DNA from: Octopus sinensis
Taxonomy: Eukaryota
Reading direction: 5' to 3'
DNA length: 64,000 nucleotides
Assembly (NCBI RefSeq): GCF_006345805.1
Contig: NC_043002.1
Span: 36,828,001-36,892,000 of the forward strand
Shown: positions 23,568 to 37,345 of the stretch, piece after piece
Numbering within the stretch: the stretch's first letter is position 1
Layout: each line of letters starts with the position of its first letter
The notes under the pieces: generated by a model
The model's database searches: none
What the model saw: only the letters and a program-made list of their open reading frames with translations
Told to the model about the DNA's origin: nothing
Made by a program: the position numbers and the translations under genes

Positions 23568-25016
23568 CTTTCTGTATATTGAAAATATTGTAGACATATT
23601 ATATATATGTGCATATATGTGTGTATGTGTGTATATATGTATACATATATACACATGTGGATCTATATGTATATAGGTATATTTATATATATGTGCATGC
23701 AAGCTCACACACACACACAAGTATACCTTTTGGAATTATCTTCAAATATTTGATGTGGCTGGCTTTTAATGGTAGGTTTTGTATTTTACAAAGTTTCAGT
23801 ACATCTTATTATTTTCTCAGGCATTGTTTCTAGTTCTATACAAAACTGAATTTCTTCTTCCTATTAATCCCACCTGACTCATCCAAGTCTCTTCTAAAAA
23901 CTATCATTGTATTGTTATGTCTTTTTATGTTAAGAGTACTTTCTATCCAGACAATACATGATGGACTGGTTCCTTTTATTTTCCATTTCATGGCTTGCAC
24001 ACATTGGATGTCAGTTTTATTTCTTTGATGCTCTAAATTCAATCAATTTTCTAGTCTATTGATGAAGGGAAAAGTTTCCTTGAAATCCAAGTTAAAGCTC
24101 AACTAGCCATGGATTTTAAAATCTAATCTGTCAAACATTTTCTTCTGGAAAGATATATTATTATACTATTTTCAATCCTTAACTATTCTGTGTTCTTTTG
24201 AAGTATTATTTTCATATTGCATTAGAAATTCCATTCTTTCCAAATCCAGTCTGATTTTTATATTATCAACTTCTACATTGTACACAGCTTAACATGTCAT
24301 CTATTTCTTTTTCTTTTTATTTTTCTTTCTTCCATGCCATGTTGATTACACAATATTGATGTCTCTGCAAACCCAAGTGGACTGTGAAAACAGTGTGTGG
24401 CCCTGATTACTTAGTGCTGAGCGATGAGGAATAAATATCACACAGGATAGAATTCCAAAAGTAACAGTTTTATGTAAAATTAAGTCTTAATCATTTATGA
24501 CAGGAGCTGCTACTTCAATATTTTATCCAATTAGACATTTCAACTCTTATGTCATACTTTCACAGCATGATATAACATGATATTTCTACTTACATGTGTA
24601 TCTGCAAGCTCCAGATATGTTTCATTACTTGACAGAGAACTATATAAGAAACTAGCAATAGTATTTGGCCTTGCCTGGGTTTATGATTTTTTTATATGTG
24701 CCCCTTTACAAAAATTTGTGCTACTCAGAGGCAAGCTGTGGTCTACAACTTACAGCATACATACTTGCATACATACATGTATATGTACATACACACACTT
24801 TGTTAGAGCTATGTTGATGATGTTTTGCAAGAGAGCCTAATCAGATGCATTATATTGTCTACCTTGGTGCTTCATAATGTCAGTTCAAAGCATATCAAAT
24901 CTGAAGTTATCTTTAATCACTGAAAGGTGAACAATTATGTGCCATTTACTTTGTATTTTGTACAGTATTTTATTAATTTGTTCATTATTTTATTAATCCT
25001 CATTAGTTGGCAGGAC

Positions 25017-25362
25017 TCTGAGACCCCCTTCGGTCATGACACTGACCATGGGATTGCACCTAGAAAGTTACACCCCCAGGCACAAGTCCGGGCAAGGTTA
25101 TTTTTTATGGAAGACCAGCAGTTGCCCATGCATACCGGCCTCCTCTCTCCACGCCACCAGTGTTATCCAAGGGAAAGGCAAGGGCCGATACAGCTTGGCA
25201 CCTGTAACATCACAATTCATTTCTACAGCTGAGTGAACTGGAGCAACATGAAATAAAGTGTCTTGCTCAAGAACACAACACACAGCCTGGTCCTGGATTT
25301 GAGCTCACAATCTCACGATCGTAAGCTTGATGCTCTAACCACTGAGCCATGTGCCTTCACTT
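25017..25362 (-). mobile_element. tRNA-derived SINE family E (CORE/Meta-like central domain)
   Basis: Head gaaggcacatggctcagtggttagagc, core tgtgttcttgagcaagacactttatttcatgttgctccagttcactcagctg. Another copy at 22773-23035(+); head only at 9244-9310(+). Confidence 0.8.
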
Positions 25363-25800
25363 TGACAGGACTAGTGTGACATCAATGCAGCATGTAAATT
25401 ATACTTAGAATGACATGTGTAAAATGTGTGCTGTAACTAGCAATGCTACATTTTGGTGGATGAAGAGGGTATGTATGTTATGAAGTAAATCATTTGTATC
25501 TTTGTGTTTTTGTTCTCATATATATTTCTCTGTTGACAGTTTGCTTATTATTATGGATAGTGTATGTTTACTCTCATTCATATCTTCAGTTGAAAATGCC
25601 TAGTACTTTGATTTCTCTAACAATACTTTCTGAACTTTGATAGGTGGCAAATTGAATGACTTATTAAAGTGTTGGCTAGAATACTCTGTGGTAGTTGTTC
25701 CAGTTTTGTATGCTGAGTTCAAATCCTCTCAAGGACAACATTGGCTTTCATCCTTTCAGGGTCAATAAATAAAATATTAGTGCAAGGTATTGGATTGGCA

Positions 25801-26222
25801 AAGGCGGCAAGCTGGCAGAAACGTTAGCATGCTGGGCGAAATGCTTAGTGGTATTTTGTCTGCCGCTACGTTCTGAGTTCAAATTCCGCCGAGGTCGACT
25901 TTGCCTTTCATCCTTTTAGGGTCGATAAATTAAGTACCAGTTATGTACTGGGGTCGATGTAATCGACTTAATTCGTTTGTCTATCCTTGTTTGTCCCCTC
26001 TGTGTTTATCCCCTTGTGGGTAGTAAAGAAATAGGTATTTCGTCTACCGCTCCGTTCTGAGTTCAAATTCTGCCGAGGTCAACTTTGCCTTTCATCCTTT
26101 CAGGGTTGATTAAATAAGTACCAGTTACACACTGGGGTCGATATAATCGACTTAATCTCTTTGTCTGTCCTTGTTTGTCCTCTCTGTGTTTAGCCCCTTG
26201 TGGGTAGTAAAGAAATAGGTAT
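25801..26222 (+). mobile_element. tRNA-derived SINE family D with tandemly duplicated body
   Basis: aaggcggcaagctggcagaaacgttagc head; body ggtatt..gttctgagttcaaattc..gaggtc..gtaaagaaata occurs twice (about 25848 and 26033). Single copies at 34118-34320(-) and 47602-47822(-), plus many degraded copies. Confidence 0.85.
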
Positions 26223-28799
26223 TGGATTGACAGAATTTTTAAAGCATCAAGTAGGATGTTTTATAATCTCTATTCTGGACCTGTGTGCTCTGAGTCCAGA
26301 TTTTGCATAGGGGTTCCAATTCCAATAATAGCAATGTCATTACCTTTCATGCATTAAAAGAAAGCATTGAGGCAGTTTGTTGTGGCAGATAGCAACCAGA
26401 CAGGCCTCTAACTGTCTCAACAAAGCTTTCCAATGGATAAAGGGTATTTTTTTGAAAACTGATCAATGTTGGGATTGAATTCACAACTATCTCTTCACAC
26501 TAATGAAACCCACAAACAAATGGCGCCAGGCTTTCAGAAACTGCAGAAACATCCTTGACAACCAGGAAATGCCAACAATACTGGTAATATTACTTTTATA
26601 CCTTTGATTGTGCTTTAATAGCTTTAATGGCTTTTGATGATGCTAAGAGCAATGTTTTGATCAGAAAGGATTGCAATGTCAGTGAGAGCATTTTAAGCTG
26701 TTATTACTGTTATTTTACTGTCTCAAATGTTGTTTCAAAGTCAAGCTATGATTCTAAAACAAGATACATTATTTATTGTGAGCAAATTAAAATATAAAAT
26801 GCCACTTTGGAATCCTGTTCTAAAAACAGCTTGCTCCAACATTTTCATTTAAGTATCCAACTTTTATGAGAGAAAAATTGGTATATTTGGAGTGTTGAAT
26901 TAAATATCTTGTGGGAGTCTGTTTTGGTTGATTGCATGCTGAGTTCAAATCCTACTGAGGAAAATTTTGACTTCTATCTTTATAAGGTTGATAAATAAAG
27001 TACCAGTCCAAGATAATGGTTTGTCAGGATTATTAGAGCATCAGACAAGATCTCTTGTATCTATTCCAGCTCTGAGCATTTAGAATTTAAAATCTCATGT
27101 AGACTACCATTTACAGTGGAGCAATCTCTAATGGGAGAGTAAGTAAAAAAAAAAGTCTTGAAAAATAAGACACTAAATTCAAAAAAGTCTGTGTCCTTAT
27201 TGAGGGAGGACAATCTAAGAACACTAAGTTCTCATTGAGCATCTATAACAAGAATGATGAGGATGATGATGAAGAAGAAGAAGCACATTTAACTGAGGCT
27301 ATGTGGCTGTGAAGCAAGTTTCCTAGCCACACAGCAATGCCCAGGAATATTTTTCAACCAAGTCAAATAATAAAAAATCTTGTAGATGTACACTGTGGCA
27401 ATGTTTCTAATCTGATTAATAGGATGGTAAAATAAACAAAACAAGAAAGTAATAAAGAGACCCACAGAGCAAGCATCGAAGGTCAATGTTTGATTATTAC
27501 AAAAGATTGTGTGTGTGGCCTTGTGGTTTAAGTGTTGTGCTTATGAGCATAAAACTATGAGATTGATTTCTGGATCATGTGGTTTGTTTCTCCTTCACAT
27601 TACTACAAAATGTGTGAGCCTTGAGAGGGATAGTGCAGACAGGGGTAGTGCTAACTGGGCATAAACTGGGGCTTGTTCAGTCTTAGCTGGGTGACTTGGA
27701 TGAGGGTGTCTGATTGTTGAAAAACCTAAAACACCCACTGACCTCGGGGGAAACATCACTGATGATATGTCCAAGTACATTGAAAAATCATAGCTGGAAA
27801 TGAGTATTGGTTCTACTAGATCACTCCTCTCTCCCTCCAGCTGAGACATCCTGGATGTTCTGCCAAGTCAAGAGTGAAATTGCTGATTGTCTATGTCTGC
27901 CTGTGAATAAGTAGGCAGCTAAAATGATTCTTTCTAATTTTGGCATAAGGTCAGTAATTTTGCAGAGAGGTGGGGTGGGGGAGTTTAAGTCAATTACATC
28001 AACTCCAATAATTGAATCTTATTTTATCGACCCCTGAAACGATGGAAGAGTAAGTTGCCCTTGGGAGAATTTCAACTCAGGAATGAAAGAGCTAAAAGAT
28101 ATTCTGCTTAGCATTTTGTCCAACATACTAATGATTCAACCAGCTCACAGCCCTATAAGTACTTAAGATAACGAATGTATTTGCTGGTAAGTGATGGTCA
28201 TGGCTCTCTCTTCCACCCTCCTCTTCTTTTCACTCTTTATATATACTTATACATACGTAGACACATACACACACACATGTTTTTGGTAGGGAATTTAATC
28301 CAAATCAGTGAAATTTTCCTTGATAAAGATGAAACCAACCTCTATTGTGTACTTTAAAATTAGGCTGCTGCATAGTCAGGTCCCATTTCTGAATAACAGC
28401 CAATGGCTGTTTATAATCAGAAATCGTGACTTTGATTCTTGATTTAGAATGAGGTGTAACTTTTTTTCCCTATCTTTGATCTAGTATTTTTTGTATCATT
28501 CTAGCGACATATAATCTTCCTTCTGCTCTTTTACAACTAGTAGAATAGTTTACTTTTATTTTAATATTTTTTTCTTCTTCTTTTGGTGCACAGGTAATTA
28601 TTCATTTTTAAATGTAACGCAAAAGTTAAAGACTTGATTCCAGTCAAAGTTTAGTATTTTGTATTTAGGAAAACAAAATTTTTTCTCCTATCATCTATAT
28701 TAATCATCACATTAGTAAAATAGAAAGTGAAGGTTCAAATGTAGTTGAAATTAAATATTCTATGGTGCAGATTCTTTGTTTTTTTTTCTATTGTCTGTT

Positions 28800-28831
<32 letters not shown>

Positions 28832-29212
28832 TTAGCATCTGTCTTCCATGCTGGCATGGGTTAGACAGTTTGGCTGGAACTGGTAAGTTGGAGAGCTGCC
28901 CCAGGCTCCAGTCTGTTTTGGTTATGTTTCTATGGCTAGATGCTTTTCCTAATGCCGATCACTCCATAAAATATACTGGTTGTCTTTTACATGTCACCAA
29001 CATGAGTGCCTTCTACATGTCACTGGCATGTGTGCCTTTTACATGTTATTGGCACTGGCCATGTTTTATGTCTTTATATCTCATTGGTCCAGGTTATAGG
29101 CAACCATATTTATATTATAAGTGAATTTAAGCTTTTTAAAGTGACTACATTTAGTAGCATATAAGATTCACTTTTTCCCCCAAGATGTCTCAAAAAATCA
29201 CCCCAGGTCTTA

Positions 29213-29352
29213 CAGTCATGGCCTAAAGTTTGGAACAATTTTAAAATTAAAATTATTATACTCAATATATGCTCTGACCAAATATAACTTTGGACATTTA
29301 ATATAAAAATTCTAATTTTCTGGCCTATGTTCCAAACTTTTGGTCACAACTC
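29213..29352. mobile_element. 140-bp Tc1/mariner-type MITE
   Basis: TA|cagtcatggcctaaagtttggaaca ... tgttccaaacttttggtcacaactc|TA: imperfect 25-bp TIRs and TA duplication. Confidence 0.7.
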
Positions 29353-29633
29353 TATATGCAAAACTGAGTCTCCTGTAAGCTAATCTTGTTCCTGGTACTC
29401 TTTTTTCTAAATATGTGCAGCTGAAATTGGGGAGGGTCTAATATGCCATCAAATATCATATGTATAAACCAGAAATGTACAGGAAAATAGGAAACTGAGA
29501 AGTGAAGGAAGATGCCTTTATTCATGAAGTCAATGCATTCAATAATATCTGAAAGCTTTTCACTGGGAAGTTTGTTCAAACTGGTTAGGTTTTGCATGGT
29601 AAAGATGTAACCATTTGCTGTTCTGCAATAGAC

Positions 29634-29957
29634 TTATTCTACCACATAGCCAAGTTCTGTCACAGTCAAAAGCTATTTATAGTCGGAAATTGTGATGAAC
29701 TTTGTACTTTTAATTCCTGGTTCAGTATGAAGGCTAGCTTTTTTTTCCCCTTAAGATCACATTTTCTGCAGCATTCATGTGACTAGTCATTTTCTTATAC
29801 TTTCTCTGTGTGATAAAACAGTTAAATTTCTTGATAAGAAAAATACTAGATCTATTTCTGAATTTGGAATTAAGACTATGAAGTTTGTCACTATTTCTGA
29901 CTAGAAACAGCCTTTGACTTTTAATTGCAGATTGAGCTTGGCTTAATGGTAGAATAA
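29634..29957. repeat. Diverged inverted repeat (foldback/MITE), ~85-bp arms
   Basis: 29634-29717 is the approximate reverse complement of 29866-29957 (ttattctacca...gccaag...agtcaaa(a/g)gct...ttaattcc). Confidence 0.75.
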
Positions 29958-30564
29958 TTCGATGGCACAACAAATGATGGTTTTATCTTTAACTAATAGA
30001 ACTTCATTTGTTTGTATAAACTTCCTAAGTCAAGTGAGACATTTAAATGTTATTGAACACTTCCAGCTTGGGAAATGATAGTAACTGTGCTTAAACTTGT
30101 ATTTCATTTAACTTATCCCATTTGCCTATAGTTCGTACATATTTTTGAAAAGCTTAACTTAGTCTTAAATTCACCAATAATATAAATATAATTATCAATG
30201 AGTTGTACCAATGAGTTATAATGCTATCAAAGCATTTGTTTGCAGGAGATAGGAGAAAGAGCAATGTAGAATATTTAAAGTAAATGGAACTAAATATTCT
30301 CTCAATGTTTTACATTGAATATTAATAACAAATGCTGAGAGAAAATATAATCCTTTTTATAAATACAACATGGTTTATTAAACTTTAACTGGATTTGAAA
30401 CTTCAACCTATTCTTTGCATTGCACAATCAATAATTACTTATTCTACTAGACAAAAGGTGAGGGAAACTGATGTGTCACATGACTGATACAAAAGGTACT
30501 AGGTATATGTGTATGTGTGTGCATATGTGTGTGTGTGTTATGTATATGTATATGCATGTATGTA

Positions 30565-30602
<38 letters not shown>

Positions 30603-31403
30603 TATATAGTGTGTGTGTGTGTATATATATATGTTATATGTACTAGCAGTGGTAATCAGCCTTGCCTGGATTTATGGAAAATTTCATATTGACTATGACC
30701 TTCTCCTTGGAAAGGCATGCCCCTACACACAATTTTAACTACCTAGGTAGAAACCTGTGGCCTACATCTTAGAACATACATATACATACATATAGGCATA
30801 CATAAATGCATACATACATGCATACATATATACATAAATATATAAATACGTACACACTTACATGATTCTCATATATTAATAAATATGTCTGTGTGTTTAT
30901 ATATGTGTTTTTTTTAGTGTGTCAATGTGTGTGTGTGTGTGTGTGTGCACAGAGCATTTAGCCTTGTTGTACAAGTATTTTACATAAGCATCAGGTGAAA
31001 TCCCACTTCTTCCACACATCCTTACACTCTCTTCCTCACACTTGCAGTTATTTACACTCTCTCTCTCTCATACACATTCATACACAGAAACACTCACTTA
31101 CTTACCCACACACACACTCATACAAAAATTGCCATCTATTTTTAACATTTGTTGTTCAATATTAGGAACAGCCTGTACATATGATGTATATTTCCATCAT
31201 ACCTCAGTAGAATTGATTCCATATTGATTAAATATTGATTTGACAATAATGATACATTATCTGAGAATACAGAAAAATGAATAGGAAACATTCTTAGTTG
31301 TAGTCATGTGTGTATGTGTGTGTGTGAAAATGTACATATGTGTCCTTATGCTGACAAAAAATCTAGTATAAATGTATATGTGTTTCTATGTATATGTGCG
31401 TAG

Positions 31404-31772
31404 GTGCAGGCATGGTTGTGAGGTTAAGAAGCTTACATTGCAATCATATGTTTTTGGGTTTGATCCCACTGCACAGCACATTGGGCAAGGGTCTTTTAAT
31501 ACAACCTCAGACTGACTAATGCCCTGTGAGCGAACTTGGTAGATGGAAACTGTGTAGAAGCCTGTCATGTGTACATGTATATATATATGTGTGTATGTTT
31601 TTGTGTTTGTCCTCTCTCCATCATTTGATAAACAGTGATGGTTTGTTTACAACCCTGTTCAGCCAAAATACTAATAAAATAAGTACTAGACTTAAATAAG
31701 TATTAGGGTCAATTAGTTCAGTGCCCCAGCATGGCTGCACTCCAATCACAGAAACCAGTAAAAGATAAAGGA
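31404..31772 (+). mobile_element. SINE family A copy (diverged)
   Basis: Same head, core and tail as 9414-9808 in the opposite orientation. Confidence 0.75.
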
Positions 31773-31833
31773 TATGTACTTGTGCGTGTGTGAAAATATG
31801 TGTCCTGAAGTAGACATGTAGCAGACGAATGTA

Positions 31834-31877
<44 letters not shown>

Positions 31878-33276
31878 TCATCATCATCATCATTTAATGT
31901 CCGCTTTCCATGCTAGCATGGGATGGACGATTTGACTGAGGACTGGCGAACCAGATGGCTGCACCAGGCTCCAATCTGATCTGGCAGAGTTTCTACAGCT
32001 GGATGCCCTTCCTAATGCCAACCACTCCGAGAGTGTAGTGGGTGCTTTTACATGCCACTGGCATGAGGGCCAGTCTGGTGGTACTGGCAACGGCCACGCT
32101 CGAAATGGTGTTTTTTACGTGCCACCTGCACAAGAGTCAGTCTAGTGGCACTGGCAACGACCTCGCTTGAATGTTTTGTTCATGTGCCAGTAGTTTCTAT
32201 GTATCTGTGATGGCATGTGGCTTAGTGGTCAGAATATCCTGTTCATGATTATGAGGTTGCGAGTTCAATTTCTGGCAGGATTTCATGTCTTTGAGCAAGG
32301 TACATTCTGTGTCACGCTGAATCTCCCTGAGAACTACATTAAGGGTACTCATGTTTGTTGAGTGCTCAGCCACTTACACATTAATTTCATGAGCAGGATG
32401 TTCCATTGATCGGGTCAACTGGAACACTTGTCCACGTAACTGGCGGTGTGCCTTCTCTCTCTCTTTCTATCTCTATCTCATGTATCTGTTTAATGGTTGC
32501 AGATATGGCCAAGTGGTTAAGAAGTTTGTTTTGTAATAGTAAGGTCCCAGGTTTGATCCCACTCTGTGGTAGTACAGACAAAAGTTATATCAAATCGATT
32601 CATGTAAAACTGAAGAGAGAGGAAACTGTGGAAGCCCCTCAGCTTGGCTGAACTTGTAATTCAAAGAACCATAATTTTCACACACTGAGTCATGCTGATA
32701 GTGCTTAAAGGTTACACTAAATGTGAAGGGCTCCTGTGTCTGTAGAATACTCACTCATCATCATCATCATTGTCATCATTGTCGTCGTCATCATTTAACA
32801 TCTATCTTTTACATCTACTGTTTTGATGGTTGTATCGGTTCAGTGGAGTTTGTTGAGGCAGATTTTCTTTAGACGGATGCTCTTCCTCTCAGCAACCCTC
32901 ACCGGTTTCTGAGCAAATTAGTATTTTCCCCATGGTAAGACATATTTTCACAGAAGACTGGCAATAAACAACATTGCTTGTATGACGGTGATGCTCATTC
33001 TTGACCATAATGTCTAGACAAGGGTACATACAAATACATACACACACATACATGCACATACATAAACACACACACACACACACAAACAAACACATACACA
33101 CACACATATGGTTGGTATTAAGAAGGACATCTAGCCATAGAAACCATGTCAAAACAGACTATGGAACCTAGTGTGGCCATTGCCCTTACCAGTCCCTGTT
33201 AGGTCGTTCAATCCATGTCAACATGGAAAATGGATGTTAAATAATGATGACGATGATGATGATATATATATATATG

Positions 33277-33582
33277 TGGAGGTGCAATGGCCCAGTGGTT
33301 AGAGCAGTGAACAGGCGGTTGTAGGATCGCGGTTTCGATTCCCAGAGCGGGCGTTGTGAGTGTTTATTGAGCGGAAACACCTAAAGCTCCACGAGGCTCT
33401 GGCAGAGGGTGGTGGCGATCCCTACTATTCTCTTTCACCACAACTTTTTCTCTTTCTTCTGTTAGCCTGCTCGCTTAGCCAGTGGGGTGGCGTCATTTGA
33501 AGGCTAAAACAATGCAAAGTGCATTGTTACCAGCGATGTGCAGCAACATCTGATAGCCTGGTCGGTCATGTGATCATGTGAT
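33277..33582 (+). mobile_element. tRNA-derived SINE family G
   Basis: gtggaggtgcaatggcccagtggttagagc...ggtttcgattccc head with A/B boxes, CpG-rich body, inserted in (TA)n. Confidence 0.75.
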
Positions 33583-35291
33583 ATATATATATATATATAC
33601 CTTCAATGATGTTGAAATGGGAGGACTGAACCACATTCCATATCTTGTATTTTTTCTCTGAACCAAATTATAAATATATAATTCATCTGAAGAGAATGGC
33701 TTTTTCCATGACATAATCATTAAATTATTCATCCATAAAAGGCATGCCTGAAACAGTTGTAGTGAACTTTTAACCTATTTGTGTTCTTATTTTATATATA
33801 TTATATATTTGACAGTCTTCTTTTAGTTTCCACATACCAAATTCACTCACAATGCTTAAGTTGAGATCAAGACCATAGTAGAAAACACTTGCTCTGAGTG
33901 CTAGGCAGTGGGACTGAACCCAAGACCAGATCCTGTGTTTGGGATGCAACTTTCTTAACCATGCAGTCATGTCTAAACCTGTACACTATAATTCAATGTG
34001 TAAGTTGTTCTGCTGATCAAATAACTTCAATATTCAACATCAACACTGATGTATATCCATTATCTTATCTGTGTGTGTAGGTGTGTTGAGTGTGTGTATG
34101 CATTTGCATATACTTATTTCTTTATTGCCCACAAGAGGCTAAACATAGAGGGGACAAACAAAGACAGACAAAGGGATTAAGTTGATTACATCGACCCCAG
34201 TGCATAACTGGTACTTAATTTATCGACTCCGAAAGGATGAAAGGCAAAGTTGATCTCGGTGGAATTTGAACTCACAACGTAAAGACAGATGAAATACTGC
34301 TAAGCATTTCGCCCGGCTGGTAGTACATGCATTTGCATATACTACCATACATATTTGTTAATGGACCAATCACAAGTTCATTGTAGTTCTAATAGGGGAG
34401 TGTCTGTACCTCAGTGCAGAACAAATATTTCAAAGGTGCATTTTTAAAGCATCTTCTCTGTTTTCTCAACAATTTTTACATTCTTTACTGATACAAACAC
34501 ACAATCACACACTGTGCTAGTCCATCAACAAAATACATACTATTTGCATCAGCAAAATACATATATATATACACTTGTGAACACACATGCATGCACACAT
34601 ATGTATGCACACATATGCACACACACACACAAATACGCATGATATATAGAACTCTCGACTGTAGTCACCATGTTATTAAATTTCTGACATCATTACTCCT
34701 GCTATCAGTTGTGCTAAGTAGCACTAAGCTATTAGGAAAAGGATATTATAAGTGGGTGTTTTACACCTATTGTATGTGTATCTGATATCCAAGATTATAA
34801 ACCCATATCTAAATGGTTCATTCAAATCTTACCTGATCAACCATACTTGACTGTTAGTCAAAATGAGTAACACACAATGGCTGAAAATTTTGAGTGTAGT
34901 AACCTTGTAAGCTAGTCATATGTCTCATGATATTAAATGTCATTCAAAACATCATATGAATGAGAATGTTCTTATCATTCATAAGAATGCTGCAGGTTTT
35001 TTTCTTTCTTTCTGCAAGACACAGATCATTGCACTTTAGCTTATTTTGAAATACTAGTATATTGTTAAGAATTGCCTATGTAATATTTACATTTTTTTCT
35101 TCCAATCTCACTAACATGAAATATATTTCAGAATGATGGACAGTTTTATATTTACAATATTCTTGTATTATTACTTTTAATAACACTAAATGCAATTTAT
35201 ATGAAATGGAGTATTCACTGTGATTTTCTTGTCCTCTTGAAAACAGTTTATATATTGATATTATATGGCAGCTTATACCATACTATATTTA

Positions 35292-35665
35292 TACTCTTAC
35301 TCTTTACTCTTTTACTTGTTTCAGTCATTTGATTGTGGCCATGCTGGAGCACCACCTTTAGTCGAGCAAATGACCCAGGACTTATTCTTTGTAAGCCTAG
35401 AATTTATTCTATCGGACTCTTTTGCCAAACCACTAAGTTATGGGGAAGTAAATATACCAGCATTGGTTGTCAAGCGATGTTGGGGGACAAACAGACACAC
35501 AAACATATACACACATACATACATATATATATGTATGTACTCACAAGGCTTTGGTTGGCCCGAGGCTATAGTAGAAGACATTTGCCCAAGGTGCCACGCA
35601 GTAGGTCTGAACCCGGAACCATGTGGCTCATAAGCAAGCTACTTACCACACAGACACTCCTACAC
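35292..35665 (-). mobile_element. SINE family A copy
   Basis: Colinear with 9414-9808. Confidence 0.88.
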
Positions 35666-36861
35666 CTAAAATAGTGACGATCGGCGAGGATATTCATTTG
35701 CTGTTACTTTAGCTTTCCTTTAAAGTAGATGTCAGTACCTTGTAATATTCTGCATTTCAGGAAATAAATCACTTATCCTTTTGCTGATATTCTTGATTAC
35801 ATGTCTGATGACAATTTAACAGGTTGATTTGATATTAAATATATTCGGGACAAATTGCCAATTAGTTTAACCATTATCAAATTTATTTCACCTGTTACTC
35901 TGAAGCCTACTTCAAGGAATACTGCAAAGATTTGTTTTCTGAGTGTCAAAATGAGCCTTAACATAGTTACTTGTCCTGCTTGAAATAGCAGCCAAATTTT
36001 CTCAAAATCACACTCTATCATCTAAATCCTTTTGTCATCATATTTCTGGTGAAATATACTGCTATTAAAAGTACGAAGAATTTAATAATATAATTTTGTC
36101 ATTATCAAGCAGTTGTTTTGAACATAAATTAACACAAAATTTTTATGGATGATTTTAATTTAGATCCCTTTAAAAGAGAAAAGTTGTATCAGAACAAGAA
36201 GTGGTCTCAGTGAGTTAGTATTAAAAGGGTTAAATAAAGAAAGGACAGATTATATAGTGTAATCCTAGATAACACTTGACAGACAGGATAGTCTTGATTG
36301 GAATACCTTTAATTAAAAGTCTGCACCATAAGGGTTAATGTGGAGCTAAACAATAAGAGCAAGTCCAAATGATGATCTAATCACTGATGTGTAAAACTAT
36401 GCCAATACAAACAGGTTACTTAGAGTGATATGCATAAGTAAACCTGTTAATTTGTCAATGGTATCCAGAGTAGAATCAACACTGCCTACTCCATTTTTCT
36501 ACCAGTATGTTTCCTTGATGATAAAGAAAAATTTCCATGGCATACATAAAGAGATGCAAACCATTCAGTACGATGTTTGTAAATGTTTTGGTGCATTGAT
36601 GATGGCTTTTAAGAGTAGCCTTCAGCTTATTGAATATTAATGATGTTGGCTTTAGAAAAACCTGAATCTAACATTGGTTTGAAAGCCAAGGAATGCAGTC
36701 TTATGATGATGGGTTCATAAAAAAGAATCCCTTTTAGTAGTTATTTATTAAATTTACAACAAACTGATGAGTAGTTCTTGAAACAAGGCTGGTTGCATGA
36801 AAATTTTAGTTTGAAAGTAAAATTGCTGTTTAATTACTGTAAAAAGTAAAAATTATTTATA

Positions 36862-36895
<34 letters not shown>

Positions 36896-37099
36896 GTGTT
36901 TTCTTTCAATTTTGTTTCCATTTCTTGCCAAGTGTCTTCCTACAGCAAAGAAACTCACTGTATACATTGATAGGCCATTTACATAAACACACTAGATTGT
37001 TCACTTACAAAGTCAAGTAATATGACAAAAAAACAAAAAAACAAAAAACCCCGAAAAAGTGAAACAAAGGTAAAAAATAAAAATAATATAGGTTGTAAT

Positions 37100-37345
37100 C
37101 ATTCTTAGTCTCTCAGTGACAATGCTCTTCTCAATATCTATGATGTCCCAGTTAAAACAATCTCTTGCACTTCTTGCATGGATTTTGCCAGTAATCATTC
37201 TCAAATAATTTCCAGTTCCTTTTTCGATCATTCCAAGTGCTCCTACAATCACTGATATTGTAACTGGCTTGAGATGCCACAGTTTTTCAATGAACAAAGA
37301 TTTAGATTTTCTGAGCTTGTTAAATTCTTTTGCTAAGGTATTATG
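37100..37345 (-). mobile_element. Degraded R4/Dong-like RLE C-terminal fragment
   Basis: LWHLKPVTISVIVGALGMIEKG resembles MWNLKTKTIPVVISALGMIAKG of the 18-kb copy. Confidence 0.65.

Noticed and set aside
33277-33350. SINE heads as tRNA genes
   Set aside because: They have A/B boxes but no complete cloverleaf and continue into SINE bodies.
36764-36796. CTGATGA...GAAAC on the + strand resembling a hammerhead core
   Set aside because: Stem II does not pair, there is no UH site after stem III, and no stem I.
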